Of a stretch of 64,000 bases of DNA, positions 37,276 through 47,100 are shown one piece after another. Numbering within the stretch: position 1 is the stretch's first letter; each line of letters starts with the position of its first letter. Under the pieces are notes generated by a model. It searched no databases. It worked only from the letters and a program-made list of their open reading frames with translations, and was not told where the DNA came from. The position numbers and the translations under genes are program-made. This stretch comes from an uncultured delta proteobacterium (lineage in GTDB: Bacteria > Myxococcota > Myxococcia > Myxococcales > Myxococcaceae): the NCBI GenBank assembly GCA_963776345.1, contig CAVZMH010000022.1, forward strand, positions 539,415 to 603,414, in the 5' to 3' direction.

Positions 37276-39809
37276 CCGGCCTCCTGCGGGACGAGGTGGA
37301 GCAGCTTCTCCTCCCAGGTGGCAGGCCGATGCTGGGCTCGCTGCGGGACCTGGATCAGGCTCGGGTCCGGCTCGGAGGAGTTCACGAAGGTGCGGAAGCG
37401 GGCGAGCTTCGCAGGGTCCTCGACGGTGGCCTTCCACTCGCAGCGGTAGGTGTCCACGATGCGCGCCATGTCCGCCTCGAGCTCGGCGCAGATGCCGAGT
37501 GAGTCCTCGATGAGCACCTGGCGCAGGTACTCGATGCCGCCGTCGAGGTTGTTGAGCCACGCCGCCGTGCGCTGCAGCCGCTCGGCGGTGCGCACGTAGA
37601 GCATGAGGAAGCGATCGAGGTACCGGATGAGGGTGTCCTCGTCGATGTCGGTGGCGAAGAGCTGCCCGTGCTGCGGCTTCATTCCCCCGTTGCCGCAGAG
37701 GTAGAGGTTGTAGCCCTTCTCGGTGGCGATGACGCCGAAGTCCTTGCCCTGCGCCTCGGCGCACTCGCGGGCGCATCCGGAGACGGCGGACTTCAGCTTG
37801 TGCGGCGCGCGGAGGCCCTTGTACCGGTTCTCCAGGCGGATCGCGAAGCTGACCGAGTCCTGCACCCCGAAGCGGCACCAGGTGCTGCCGACGCACGACT
37901 TCACCGTGCGCAGCGCCTTCCCGTAGGCGTGCCCGGACTCGAAGCCCGCGGCGATGAGATCACGCCAGATCTCCGGGAGCTGCTCGAGCCGCGCGCCGAA
38001 CAGGTCCACCCGCTGGGCGCCGGTGATCTTCGAGTACAGCCCGAACTTCCGCGCGGTGAGTCCGAGGGCGATCAGCTGCTCGGGGGTGATCTCCCCGCCG
38101 GGCACGCGCGGAACCACCGAGTAGCTGCCGTCGCGCTGGATGTTGGCCAGGAAGCGGTCGTTGGTGTCCTGGAGGCCGAGGTGGCGGTCGTCGAGCACGT
38201 GCTCGTTCCAGGTCGAGGCGAGGATGCTGGCCACGGCGGGCTTGCAGATCTCGCAGCCGGCGCCGCGTCCGTGCGCGGCGATCAGCGCGTCGAAGCTGCG
38301 GATCCCCTGGATCCGGACCAGGTGGTGGAGCTCCTGGCGGGAGCGGGGAAAGTGCTCGCAGAGGTGGTTGGAGACAGCCTTGCCGGCCCGCTTCATCTCC
38401 CGGGTCAGGAGCTCGCCCAGGAGCGGCACGCAGGAGCCGCAGCCCGTCCCGGCGGTGGTGGCCGACTTGATCGCTCCGACCGAGGCGAGCTCCAGGGTGC
38501 GGATGGCGCGGCAGATCGCGCCCTTGGCCACGTTCTGGCAGGTGCAGATCGTGCTCGCGTCCGGAAGCGCCTCCACGCCGGGCAGCGCCGCGCCTCCGCC
38601 TCGCGGAAGGATGAGCTGCTCGGGTTGTGCGGTCAGTGCGGTCTTGCTCTGGGTGAGCGCGAGGAGATGTCCGTAGCTCGACGCCTCGCCGACCAGCACG
38701 CCGCCGAGGAGACGCTGGCGATCGGCGCTCACCACCAGCTTCTTGTAGATGCCGGCGACCGAGTCGGTGAAGGCGACGACCCGGCTCCCGGGGTGCGTGG
38801 CGTGGGCGTCGCCGAAGCTCGCCACCTCCACTCCCATGAGCTTGAGCTTGGTGCTCATGTCGAAGACACCGAGGCGGTCCTCGCCGCCGCTCAGGGTGGA
38901 GACCGCGGTGCGGGCCATCTGGTAGCCGGGGCCCACCAGGCCGTAGGTGCGGCCGCGGTACTGCGCGCACTCCCCGATGGCGAGAATGTCAGGGTCCGAG
39001 GTGCGGCAGTGCTCGTCGATGACGATGCCGCCGCGTTCGCCGATGGCGAGGCCGCAGTTGCGGGCCAGCTCGTCGCGGGCGCTGATGCCGGCGGAGAAGA
39101 CGACCATCTCGGTGGCGAGCACCCCGCCGTCGGCGAAGTGGATCTCGGTGACCCGGCCGGATCTGGAAGCGAGGCGGGTGGTGTTCTTGCCGGTGTGGAC
39201 CGAGACGCCGAGCGCCTCGATCTTCGCGCGGAGGATCTCCGCGCCGCCGTCGTCGATCTGCATCGCCATGAGGCGGGGGGCGAACTCGACGACGTGGGTC
39301 TCGAGCCCCATGCGGGTGAGCGCGTGGGCGGCCTCGAGCCCGAGGAGGCCGCCGCCGATGACCACGCCGGTCTGGACCTGTGCGGCCCAGAGGCGGATCC
39401 GCTTGAGGTCCTCGATGGTGCGGTAGACGAAGCAGCCCCAGGCGTCCCGGCCGGGGATGGGAGGCACGAAGGGCGCCGAGCCGGTCGCCAGGACCAGCGC
39501 GTCGTAGGGGATGCGACGGCCTTCCGCGGAGAGTACCCGCTTGCGCTGACGGTCGATGGCGGTGACCCGGTCGCCGAGGTGCACGGTGACCCCGGCGTCC
39601 TCGTACCGGTGGGGCGTGACCAGGGAGAGGTCGCTGGCCGTCTTTCCGCCGAGGAAGCTGGTGAGGTTCACCCGGTCGTAGGCGAGCCGCGGCTCCTCGC
39701 AGAAGGTGACGACGTTCCAGCGCTCGGCCTCCCCGCGCTCGAGGAGGAGCTCGAGAAAGCGGTGCCCGACCATCCCGTTGCCGACCACGACGAGGTCCTT
39801 CTTCGTCAT
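37272..39809 (-). CDS. nirB: NADH-dependent nitrite reductase large subunit
   Basis: VGNGMVG, GGGLLGLE, BFD-like CTC/GCGSC, KSCVGSTWCRFG, SGCARECAEA; ATG at 39809. Confidence 0.96.
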   Translation of the reverse strand: MTKKDLVVVGNGMVGHRFLELLLERGEAERWNVVTFCEEPRLAYDRVNLTSFLGGKTASDLSLVTPHRYEDAGVTVHLGDRVTAIDRQRKRVLSAEGRRIPYDALVLATGSAPFVPPIPGRDAWGCFVYRTIEDLKRIRLWAAQVQTGVVIGGGLLGLEAAHALTRMGLETHVVEFAPRLMAMQIDDGGAEILRAKIEALGVSVHTGKNTTRLASRSGRVTEIHFADGGVLATEMVVFSAGISARDELARNCGLAIGERGGIVIDEHCRTSDPDILAIGECAQYRGRTYGLVGPGYQMARTAVSTLSGGEDRLGVFDMSTKLKLMGVEVASFGDAHATHPGSRVVAFTDSVAGIYKKLVVSADRQRLLGGVLVGEASSYGHLLALTQSKTALTAQPEQLILPRGGGAALPGVEALPDASTICTCQNVAKGAICRAIRTLELASVGAIKSATTAGTGCGSCVPLLGELLTREMKRAGKAVSNHLCEHFPRSRQELHHLVRIQGIRSFDALIAAHGRGAGCEICKPAVASILASTWNEHVLDDRHLGLQDTNDRFLANIQRDGSYSVVPRVPGGEITPEQLIALGLTARKFGLYSKITGAQRVDLFGARLEQLPEIWRDLIAAGFESGHAYGKALRTVKSCVGSTWCRFGVQDSVSFAIRLENRYKGLRAPHKLKSAVSGCARECAEAQGKDFGVIATEKGYNLYLCGNGGMKPQHGQLFATDIDEDTLIRYLDRFLMLYVRTAERLQRTAAWLNNLDGGIEYLRQVLIEDSLGICAELEADMARIVDTYRCEWKATVEDPAKLARFRTFVNSSEPDPSLIQVPQRAQHRPATWEEKLLHLVPQEAG

Positions 39810-39824
39810 CGGCCAATGGACACC

Positions 39825-39840
39825 AGCAAGCGGAGTGCCA
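39825..39840 (-). promoter_or_regulatory. Sigma54 promoter of the nir operon
   Basis: Minus strand reads TGGCACTCCGCTTGCT, a near-consensus -24/-12. Confidence 0.75.
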
Positions 39841-39894
39841 CCCGTGACGCGTCGCGTTCCCTCTCGAGCTCGATCGTCGCGGAGAGAGTCATCA

Positions 39895-40075
39895 GACAAA
39901 ATTGTCGCTTCTTCTCAAGAAGTCGACATATTTGTAAGCATGCCCCTGGTCGCTCACGGCGCAGGTCGCGGAGGTCGACGGCGGGGCGGTGATCCGCACG
40001 CCATCGACTCAATGAGCGAATGGGATCTCAGGTGACAAATTTGTCGGAGTCGCTGTTAGTCCAAACAAAAGTGTC
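39895..40075. promoter_or_regulatory. Four GACA-N4-TGTC palindromic sites in two pairs spaced 30 bp (putative enhancer)
   Basis: GACAAAATTGTC at 39895, GACATATTTGTA at 39925, GACAAATTTGTC at 40034, AACAAAAGTGTC at 40064. Confidence 0.65.
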
Positions 40076-40078
40076 ACA

Positions 40079-42004
40079 TCACTCGAGCGGCACCGAGGCC
40101 CACGGCTCGTACAGCACCGGGCCTGATCCGTCGCTGAGCCCGAGCTGGAACCAGATCCGCTGTCCCGACACCTCGGACCGCAGCCACCGGAACGTCCTGT
40201 CGAGCTCGAACGCGGATTGGTAGCGCTCGAATGGCGTGTCCTCCGCGGCACGGTAGCGGCACACCACGGACCAGCCGTCGGGGAGCGGTCCATCGAGCGA
40301 GGCCCTCAGCTCGATGAGGCCATTCCTCACCTCCACCGCGCCGCGTGGCCTGGGGAGCCGCTCGACCCACGCCCGGTGCTTTCGCGCGAGCCGGTCCGCC
40401 GCCGCGTAGAAGTCGTCGGCCACCAGCCCGAGGTCGTACCCGTTCACCAGGAACAGCTCGTTCCAGAGCTCGTCCTGCCCCAGCTTCGGCGGGAGGTCCC
40501 GCGTGCCGGCCTGCCTGAAGATCCGCGCCGGCGCGTCGTCGCCGTAGCGCTCCACCAGCGCCTGCACGAACAGCCGCCCGACGGGGTACACCATCTCGCG
40601 CCCGCGATCGCGGATCAGGAGGTCGGGGAAGACCAGCTCCTCGGCGTGCAGCTCTCGTCGGGTCCGGAGCGCGGCGACGATCCGCTCCTGGGACTCGAGC
40701 GGCGTGTCAGGGTGGAAGAACCGGTGCTCCACGTAGCTGGCCAGCCCCTCGTCGAGGGTCCAAAGCCGCCGGCCGAGGGAGTTCTCGTTGCCCCGGGAGA
40801 GACGGCCGACGAACACGTGCGTGGTCTCGTGACCGAGCGTCGCGGCCAGGCCGTCCGGGCTCTCCTGCGTCGAGAGGTCGATCCGCACCGTGTTCCAGAA
40901 CGCAGTCCCGGAGGTCCGGGCCATCGACCCGGTGAGGTCGGCGACGATCGTGTCGCCGGGCGGAGCGCGGAAGAACGTCTGCACCGTCTCGAAGACGCCG
41001 TCGGCCCGATCCAGGAGGGGGCCTGCCCGGACCTGGACCGAGGAGAGGTACGAGAACCGGTAGTGCCGGGTGACCGAGCTGATCGGCACGGGAGGCGCGA
41101 ACTCGACCTTCTGTCGGGGCGTCTCGTCCTCGTCGTCGTCCTGGTCATCGTCGTCCGCCGCCAGCGTTTCCGGCTGTCTTGGCCGGGCACCGTACTTCTT
41201 CGCCGCGACGGAACCGAAGACCAGCAGCAGCCCCACCACCGCGACTGCCATGCCGATCTTCGCGGTCCGGGTGGCGAGCGCGCGGCCCAGCCACCGGAGC
41301 CAGTCCTCGAAGCGCCCGCTGTAGAGGAGGCCCGCCCCGAGCAGGCACGCCACGAGCACCGGAAGCTGGAACTTCAGCAGCGGCGCGGGCCATCGCCAGT
41401 CTCGCCCCGTGTACTCCGGGACGAGCAGCTGGAGGGGGCTGAAGGCGCGGACCCACGGATGCTGCGTCTCGAGGGCGATGTAGCCGATCAGCAGCGTCGC
41501 CAGCACCAGCCACCCCAGCCGGCGCAGGAACGAGAGGAGCATTCCCGCCGCGAGCACCACGGCGGAGGCGAGCAGGGTCATCGTCAGCTGCATCGCCAGC
41601 GGCTGGACGTGAAGCGACCGGTCCAGCGAGTTCCGCGAGAGCAGGTGCTCGAGGAGAATGATGGCCACCGCGAACACCGGGTAGATCATCAGCACGGCGA
41701 GCGCGGTGACGACCTTGGTGCCGAACTGCGCCGGCCGCGAGATGGGGAGGCCGTCGAGGAACTCGAGCGTGCGCTCATCGTGCTCGCGGACCAGCAGTCC
41801 CCAGGCCATGGCCAGGGCGAGCAGGAGCATCAGCATCGAGTTCCCCTCGGCCACCAGCTCGTGCTGCCAGTTGAGCCACAGGGGCCGCTGGTCGGGCAGC
41901 ACGACCACGAGGAGCTCGACGATCTCCAGCGCGCAGAGGAAGATCCCGAGGCCGACGAAGGCGCGCTGGTCCCGGAGCTCCTTGCGGATGAGCGCGAGGT
42001 TCAC
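40079..42004 (-). CDS. ABC-2-type permease fused to a gluzincin-like metallopeptidase domain
   Basis: LIRKELRD, TLEFLDGLPISR, several TMs, acidic linker, GHETTH...LDEGLASY; GTG at 42004. Confidence 0.8.
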   Translation of the reverse strand: MNLALIRKELRDQRAFVGLGIFLCALEIVELLVVVLPDQRPLWLNWQHELVAEGNSMLMLLLALAMAWGLLVREHDERTLEFLDGLPISRPAQFGTKVVTALAVLMIYPVFAVAIILLEHLLSRNSLDRSLHVQPLAMQLTMTLLASAVVLAAGMLLSFLRRLGWLVLATLLIGYIALETQHPWVRAFSPLQLLVPEYTGRDWRWPAPLLKFQLPVLVACLLGAGLLYSGRFEDWLRWLGRALATRTAKIGMAVAVVGLLLVFGSVAAKKYGARPRQPETLAADDDDQDDDEDETPRQKVEFAPPVPISSVTRHYRFSYLSSVQVRAGPLLDRADGVFETVQTFFRAPPGDTIVADLTGSMARTSGTAFWNTVRIDLSTQESPDGLAATLGHETTHVFVGRLSRGNENSLGRRLWTLDEGLASYVEHRFFHPDTPLESQERIVAALRTRRELHAEELVFPDLLIRDRGREMVYPVGRLFVQALVERYGDDAPARIFRQAGTRDLPPKLGQDELWNELFLVNGYDLGLVADDFYAAADRLARKHRAWVERLPRPRGAVEVRNGLIELRASLDGPLPDGWSVVCRYRAAEDTPFERYQSAFELDRTFRWLRSEVSGQRIWFQLGLSDGSGPVLYEPWASVPLE

Positions 42005-43875
42005 TGCACCTCCACCCGCTGGAATCCGGTGGTCACGCGGCAGTCGAGCGCGTCGATGGGCGCGCTCACCTGCCAGCCGAAGCGCTCGCCGCGGCTGACG
42101 GTGCGCGGGAGCACGCCGGTGCGGAGGTCCGGGTACGCGCGCTCGTCGATGATCAGATCCTTCGACTCCAGCTCCCGGTCGAAGGGGTTGAGCGTGCTGG
42201 TCAGGAACGCGACGCGCAGCGGCGCCTGCGGCTCGGGGGTGAGCGCGACGCGGTAGCGGACCTCGCGACCCTTCGCGGAGATCGGCGCGAGGTCGAGGGT
42301 GGCGGACAGGCGTGGGACTTCGGCCAGCGTATTCTCGAGAGAGCGGGCCTCCCCGGCGAGCCGGCCGCGCCAGGCGGCGAGGAACGTGTCCATGGTGAGG
42401 CCGGTGGTGCGCTGCAGCTCCGACCACGGCGATTCGCGGACGGCGAGGGCGCGGACGCCCAGGGAGGGACGGCGGGCGATCGCCTCGTGCAGGAAGCGCC
42501 GGAGCGCGGGCGGGTCGAGCGTCTCGCGCAGCACGCGGATGCCGCTGTAGGCCAGGGCGGCGCTGAGGCACTCGCCGTGGCGCTCGCGGGTCGAGACCCA
42601 GTCGCGGAGCAGCTCCTCGGTGGGTCCATCCGGGAAGCCGTACACGGCGCGCAGCGTCTGGAGTCGGCGGGCGGCGTCACTCGCCTGGCGAAGGCTCCAG
42701 TCGGTGGAGAAGCCGTCGAGCAGCCACCGGCGGCGCTCCTCGGTGGCGCGCCCGCGGGTGGCGGTCTCCACCAGCTCGCGCGCAAGCCAGGAGACGAATG
42801 CCCCGTCGTCGAAGCCCGGAGCGGTGAAGTTGGCCTGCACCGCCACACCGCGCGCGTTCTTCAGCGTTCCCCGGTTGTAAGTGTCGGCGTCGAGCTCGCG
42901 GGCGGGGAGGACGAAGACCTCGGGGAGGGTGTCGAAGGCGAGCTCGTCGCGCAGGTCGCTCAGGCCTGCTGCGATGCGGCGACCCAGGGCGTCGGCGCGC
43001 TCGCGGTCGACCGACTGACCGAGGGCGACCTTGACCACCACCCGGGAGCTGTCGACGGTGACGGCGCGGGCCAGGTCGAAGGGGCGGGGGTCGCGCGCCT
43101 CGTCGTAGAAGGTCTTGAGGAAGACCATCCCCATCAGGATGCAGGCGATGGTCACCTTCTCCCGCTGGGACATCTTCTGGGCCAGCAGGGCGGAGACGGT
43201 TCCCTCACGGACCAGGGCCAGTGTGTAGCCGAGGCCCACGAAGCCGAGCGTGAGGCCGGCGGTGACCCAGAGCGCGCGGGTGGGGAGGCGGGCGCGCTCG
43301 AAGGCGAGGTCGACTCCCACCAGGCGGATGGGCCCGAACTCCTCGAAGCGGAAGGTGCTGGTCGCGTCGACGAGCGAGAAGCCGACGACGAGCAGGAGGA
43401 GGATGGCCACGCGGTAACGCCCGAGGAGCCCACCGGCGAACAGGAAGGCGTAGATGCACGTGGCGTAGGCAAAGGTTCGGAGGGCGACGACGCCGAGCCC
43501 GCGGCGTCCGAGGACCTCGTGTGCCAGGGCGAGCCGCCGGAAGGTGAGGAAGGCGATGGCGACGGCGAGCAGCGCGAGGACGAGCCCGAGGAGGAGCTTC
43601 GCGGTGAGCACCCGGGCGCGAGAGATTGGGAGCGTCTCGAGGAAGAGCTGGGTCTTGCCGGTGTACTCGCGGGCGACGATCCGGCTGGTGAGGACGATGA
43701 CCAGGAGCGGGTAGAAGCCCAGGAGGAAGCTGCGGAGCCCGAGGAAGGCGCTGGCGTTCTGGCCGTTGAAGTCCGGGTTGACCGCGAAGGCGAAGAGGAC
43801 GAACAGGCCGGCCACGGCGCAGGCGACGAGGACCAGGGCGTGCTCGCGGAGCTCCTTGGCGAGGATGGCGATCAC
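42001..43875 (-). CDS. ABC-2-type permease with degenerate peptidase-like extracellular domain
   Basis: ILAKELREH, TQLFLETLPISR, TMs, then ARELVE...WLLDGFS; GTG at 43875. Confidence 0.78.
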   Translation of the reverse strand: MIAILAKELREHALVLVACAVAGLFVLFAFAVNPDFNGQNASAFLGLRSFLLGFYPLLVIVLTSRIVAREYTGKTQLFLETLPISRARVLTAKLLLGLVLALLAVAIAFLTFRRLALAHEVLGRRGLGVVALRTFAYATCIYAFLFAGGLLGRYRVAILLLLVVGFSLVDATSTFRFEEFGPIRLVGVDLAFERARLPTRALWVTAGLTLGFVGLGYTLALVREGTVSALLAQKMSQREKVTIACILMGMVFLKTFYDEARDPRPFDLARAVTVDSSRVVVKVALGQSVDRERADALGRRIAAGLSDLRDELAFDTLPEVFVLPARELDADTYNRGTLKNARGVAVQANFTAPGFDDGAFVSWLARELVETATRGRATEERRRWLLDGFSTDWSLRQASDAARRLQTLRAVYGFPDGPTEELLRDWVSTRERHGECLSAALAYSGIRVLRETLDPPALRRFLHEAIARRPSLGVRALAVRESPWSELQRTTGLTMDTFLAAWRGRLAGEARSLENTLAEVPRLSATLDLAPISAKGREVRYRVALTPEPQAPLRVAFLTSTLNPFDRELESKDLIIDERAYPDLRTGVLPRTVSRGERFGWQVSAPIDALDCRVTTGFQRVEVQ

Positions 43876-44816
43876 GCGGGTGGGAGCGTGGTCTTCCGGA
43901 CCATCGCCAGGAAGACCTCCTCGAGCGTGAGGCGGTCGACCTGGGCGAAGACGGCGGCATGCTCGGCCCAGTCGGGCGGCTCGGCCTCGAGGACGGCGCC
44001 GGGTGCGGCGACGTCCAGGTCGGTGCGGACGGCCCGGAAGCCGGGCGGGAGCTGGTGCAGGTCGGGGTGCCAGGTGACGCGGCGAACGCGCTCGAGCAGC
44101 GTGTCGATCGGGCCCTGGTAGAGGAGGCGGCCCTGGTCGAGGATGCCCACGCGCTGGGCGACGAACTGGACCTCGTCGACGAGGTGCGAGGAGAAGAGGG
44201 CCGTCTGCCCGAGGCGCTTGCTCTCGTGGGCGAGGATCTCCAGGAACTCGCGCCGGGCGACGGGGTCGAGGCCGGAGGTGGGCTCGTCGAGGAGGAGGAG
44301 GGCGGGGCGGGGCGCGAGCGCGAGGGCCAGCGCGAGCTTGGACCGGGTGCCGCCGGAGAGGTCGATGGCCTTCCGGCGCGGCGGGACGTCGAGGAGGGTG
44401 AGGAGGCGGGTGAACTCCGCGCCGTCCCACGTCGGGTAGAAGCTGCCGACGAACGCGCCGAGCCGCTCGGCGGTCATCCACGGATAGAAGAACTGCTCCT
44501 GCGAGACGTAGCCGATGAGGCGCTTCTGGGCGACGCGGATGCGGACGGAGCGCCGGCCGAGGAGCTCGATCTCTCCCCGGTCGGGGCGGAGGACGCCCAT
44601 GAGCATCCGGAGCGTGGTGGTCTTCCCGGCGCCGTTGCGGCCGAGGAACCCGTAGATGGCGCCGCGCGGGACCTCGAGGTCGATGCCGTCGACCGCGCGG
44701 ACCTTGCCGAAGGAGCGAGTGAGTCCGCGGGTGCGCAGGACCACCGGCGCGTCCGCGAGCGCGGGCTCCACGGGTGCGCCGTCAGCCGGAACGTCCCCCC
44801 GTTGTGCGTCGAGCAT
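43872..44816 (-). CDS. ABC transporter ATP-binding protein (start approximate)
   Basis: GRNGAGKTT, LSGG, LLLDEPTSGLD, SSH. Confidence 0.93.
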   Translation of the reverse strand: MLDAQRGDVPADGAPVEPALADAPVVLRTRGLTRSFGKVRAVDGIDLEVPRGAIYGFLGRNGAGKTTTLRMLMGVLRPDRGEIELLGRRSVRIRVAQKRLIGYVSQEQFFYPWMTAERLGAFVGSFYPTWDGAEFTRLLTLLDVPPRRKAIDLSGGTRSKLALALALAPRPALLLLDEPTSGLDPVARREFLEILAHESKRLGQTALFSSHLVDEVQFVAQRVGILDQGRLLYQGPIDTLLERVRRVTWHPDLHQLPPGFRAVRTDLDVAAPGAVLEAEPPDWAEHAAVFAQVDRLTLEEVFLAMVRKTTLPPA

Positions 44817-44920
44817 CGAGGGAAAGCTGAGCAGAAATCCGGGCGGCAGGCGAGGAGCGGCCGGTCCATCGCCGTCGCCCGATGGGCAGGCGCATCATGG
44901 AGGCGCGCTAGAGTGGTGGC

Positions 44921-45772
44921 GTGCTCTCCATCGTGTTCGCCACGCTCGGGCTCGTCGCCCTCGGGGCGAAGGGGGACGCGCGTCCCGGCGACCTTCCGCT
45001 GTTCGTTGTCGAGCGGAGCCGGGTGATCTGGCCGCAGAGGTGCCTGCGCACGGAAAGCCGGGTTCCCCCGGAGGTGCAGTCGCGGATGCGGAAGGACCTC
45101 GGGGAGAACGGCGTGTTCATCGGCGGGGGGCGCGTGGACGAGGTCAGGTTCGAAGCGCCGGAATGCATGCACGGAGAATGTGGGAGCGGCCAGTTCGCAG
45201 TTCCGCTGGCGGTGAGTGAATCCGAGCGATACGGCATCGTCCTCCCACGCGGCCGGATCGAGGCTTCGGCGATTCATCCGCTGAGACTGGTGAGTGTCGA
45301 GGGCGCCGATCCGGAGGGCCTTCGACCCGGCCTGGGAACGGCCGGGGAATCACCTCCGCCCTGTGGTGAGCCGCCGCCGGAGCCGTCCGTGTCTCCCGGG
45401 GGCGGACTCCTGGTCACGTGCCTCAGCTACCTCGAGGCGAGCGGAGGTCTCGGCGTCCAGGTCCAGGGGCGGGGCCAGCTCCAGGAGAACGGCCTCGCGC
45501 GCTACGACCTCGTTCGCTTTCGTGTGCTCGAGCGAGGCGAGGGCAAGCGGATCCTCGGCCCATGGCATCTGCAGCCGCGTGGGAAGGGCTCTCGCCTTCC
45601 CGTTCCCGTGGCAGGCCTCCCCGGGGCGAAAGGATCCGCGGTCCGGCTGCTGTGGCTCCGGTGGGAGGGGATCTGTTGCCCCAGTGCGGCCAGCGCCTGG
45701 GTGACGGACGTGGGCGAGCAGGCGCGGGAGGGCCCACGGCACGTCGCCGGGTTCGGGCAGCCGTGTGACTGA
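44921..45772 (+). CDS. Hypothetical secreted Cys-containing protein
   Basis: N-terminal hydrophobic signal; protein-like composition; fills the gap between flanking genes. Confidence 0.55.
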   Translation: MLSIVFATLGLVALGAKGDARPGDLPLFVVERSRVIWPQRCLRTESRVPPEVQSRMRKDLGENGVFIGGGRVDEVRFEAPECMHGECGSGQFAVPLAVSESERYGIVLPRGRIEASAIHPLRLVSVEGADPEGLRPGLGTAGESPPPCGEPPPEPSVSPGGGLLVTCLSYLEASGGLGVQVQGRGQLQENGLARYDLVRFRVLERGEGKRILGPWHLQPRGKGSRLPVPVAGLPGAKGSAVRLLWLRWEGICCPSAASAWVTDVGEQAREGPRHVAGFGQPCD

Positions 45773-45785
45773 CCGGCGCCGCCAT

Positions 45786-46217
45786 CTAGGGTCCGGGGCG
45801 GCGCATCGCCTGGAGCTTGCTCCGCTGCGCCTCGGTCAGCGCGTTCCGGATGCGGATCAAGAGCGTGAGATGCGCCTTCTTGATCTCCATCTCCAGCTTC
45901 ATCACCTCGCCGGCCTGGGCCAGCGCCTTGGCCTCATCCACCTGTGGCGCATCCAGGAACTGCGCGAGCTGCTGGCTGGCGGCCTGGAGCTGCCACTGGA
46001 GCCGGGGGAACTGTCCCTGCGCGCGCTCGAGCTCCTTGAGGATGGCCTCGCGCTGGCGGTCATCGAGCCCCAGCTCGGCCTGATGGGCCATGATCAGCTC
46101 GGGAGGGAAGAGCTTGCTCCCGATCGGGTCGGCGGCCGCGGCGCCGGGGCTCTCGGCGCGGGTCGGAAGGGCGAGCGCAAGGCTCGCCAGGAGAATCCAG
46201 AGAGCGCGACAGGTCAT
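45786..46217 (-). CDS. Periplasmic heavy-metal sensor / Spy-CpxP-like protein
   Basis: Signal peptide, LFPPELIM..QAELGLDDRQ, LTEAQRSKL (LTxxQ). Confidence 0.8.
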   Translation of the reverse strand: MTCRALWILLASLALALPTRAESPGAAAADPIGSKLFPPELIMAHQAELGLDDRQREAILKELERAQGQFPRLQWQLQAASQQLAQFLDAPQVDEAKALAQAGEVMKLEMEIKKAHLTLLIRIRNALTEAQRSKLQAMRRPGP

Positions 46218-46576
46218 GGGACGCCTCGTCGTGGTGCAGGCGGTGGGCTCAGCATGGGGTCCGCGGCCGGATCCAGGGTGGGCAGCGCCCGCAGGGTGAC
46301 CAGATCGGGTGTCTCGAGCAGGAAGTCGGTCGGGCCGATCCACCGCGTGCCGGTCGGCCGCCACGCCGCCGGAGGATGAGGACGGGCCACGAACCACACC
46401 CCCGCCCCGACCGCCGCGACCAGCGCGGCGGAGAGCACGAGCCGGCGCCGGGCAGAAGCGCGCGGAAGTCGAGCGGCTGACCACGTTCGCTCGAAGGGAG
46501 GGGCGTGGTCCGCGTCCTGCCGGTGCGCTTCGGCCAGGGCGGCGCGGATGCGCGCGTCGTCGTCTCCGGGCGTCAT
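46214..46576 (-). CDS. Putative single-TM anti-sigma factor
   Basis: ATGA-coupled to the ECF sigma gene; one TM; W..PTDFLLETP. Confidence 0.65.
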   Translation of the reverse strand: MTPGDDDARIRAALAEAHRQDADHAPPFERTWSAARLPRASARRRLVLSAALVAAVGAGVWFVARPHPPAAWRPTGTRWIGPTDFLLETPDLVTLRALPTLDPAADPMLSPPPAPRRGVP

Positions 46577-47079
46577 CGCAGGTCCTCCGGTCCGAGAAGC
46601 TCGAGGAGGCGGAGCTTGCCACGGTGGTAGTGGGCCCGCGCCGTTCCCAGCGCCACGCCCATCACCTGGGCGGCCTGCTCGACGGTCATCTCATGGAAGA
46701 ACACCAGATCGAGCACCTCACGCTGGCGGGCCGGCAGCTGGCCGAGCGCGCGGCGGATGCGCGCCCCTCGCTCCTCGGAGGTGAGAGCGTCGAGAGGACC
46801 CGGGTCGGGCGTCGCGCCGAGCAGGGTTCTCCACGGCGCCCGGGCCTCCAGCCAGCGTCGCCTGCGGGCCGTTGCCGCCGTGTTTCGCACCACCGAGAAG
46901 AGCCAGGTCTTGAGGGTGGAGCGACCGTCGAACCGCGCGCGGCCTTCGAGGACGGACAGGTACACGGACTGGAGAACCTCCTCGGCGTCGGCGGCGTTCC
47001 ACTGGGTGCAGGCCAGGGCCCAGGCGAAGCTCGCCGGGTGGAGCGCAGCGATCTGCTGCTCGAGGTCGTCCGGTGCCAC
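46573..47079 (-). CDS. ECF RNA polymerase sigma factor
   Basis: DAEEVLQ, FDGRSTLKTWLF, LPARQREVL.LVF, GTARAHYHRGK. Confidence 0.9.
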   Translation of the reverse strand: MAPDDLEQQIAALHPASFAWALACTQWNAADAEEVLQSVYLSVLEGRARFDGRSTLKTWLFSVVRNTAATARRRRWLEARAPWRTLLGATPDPGPLDALTSEERGARIRRALGQLPARQREVLDLVFFHEMTVEQAAQVMGVALGTARAHYHRGKLRLLELLGPEDLR

Positions 47080-47100
47080 GCGTCGGGCCCATGGGGCACG

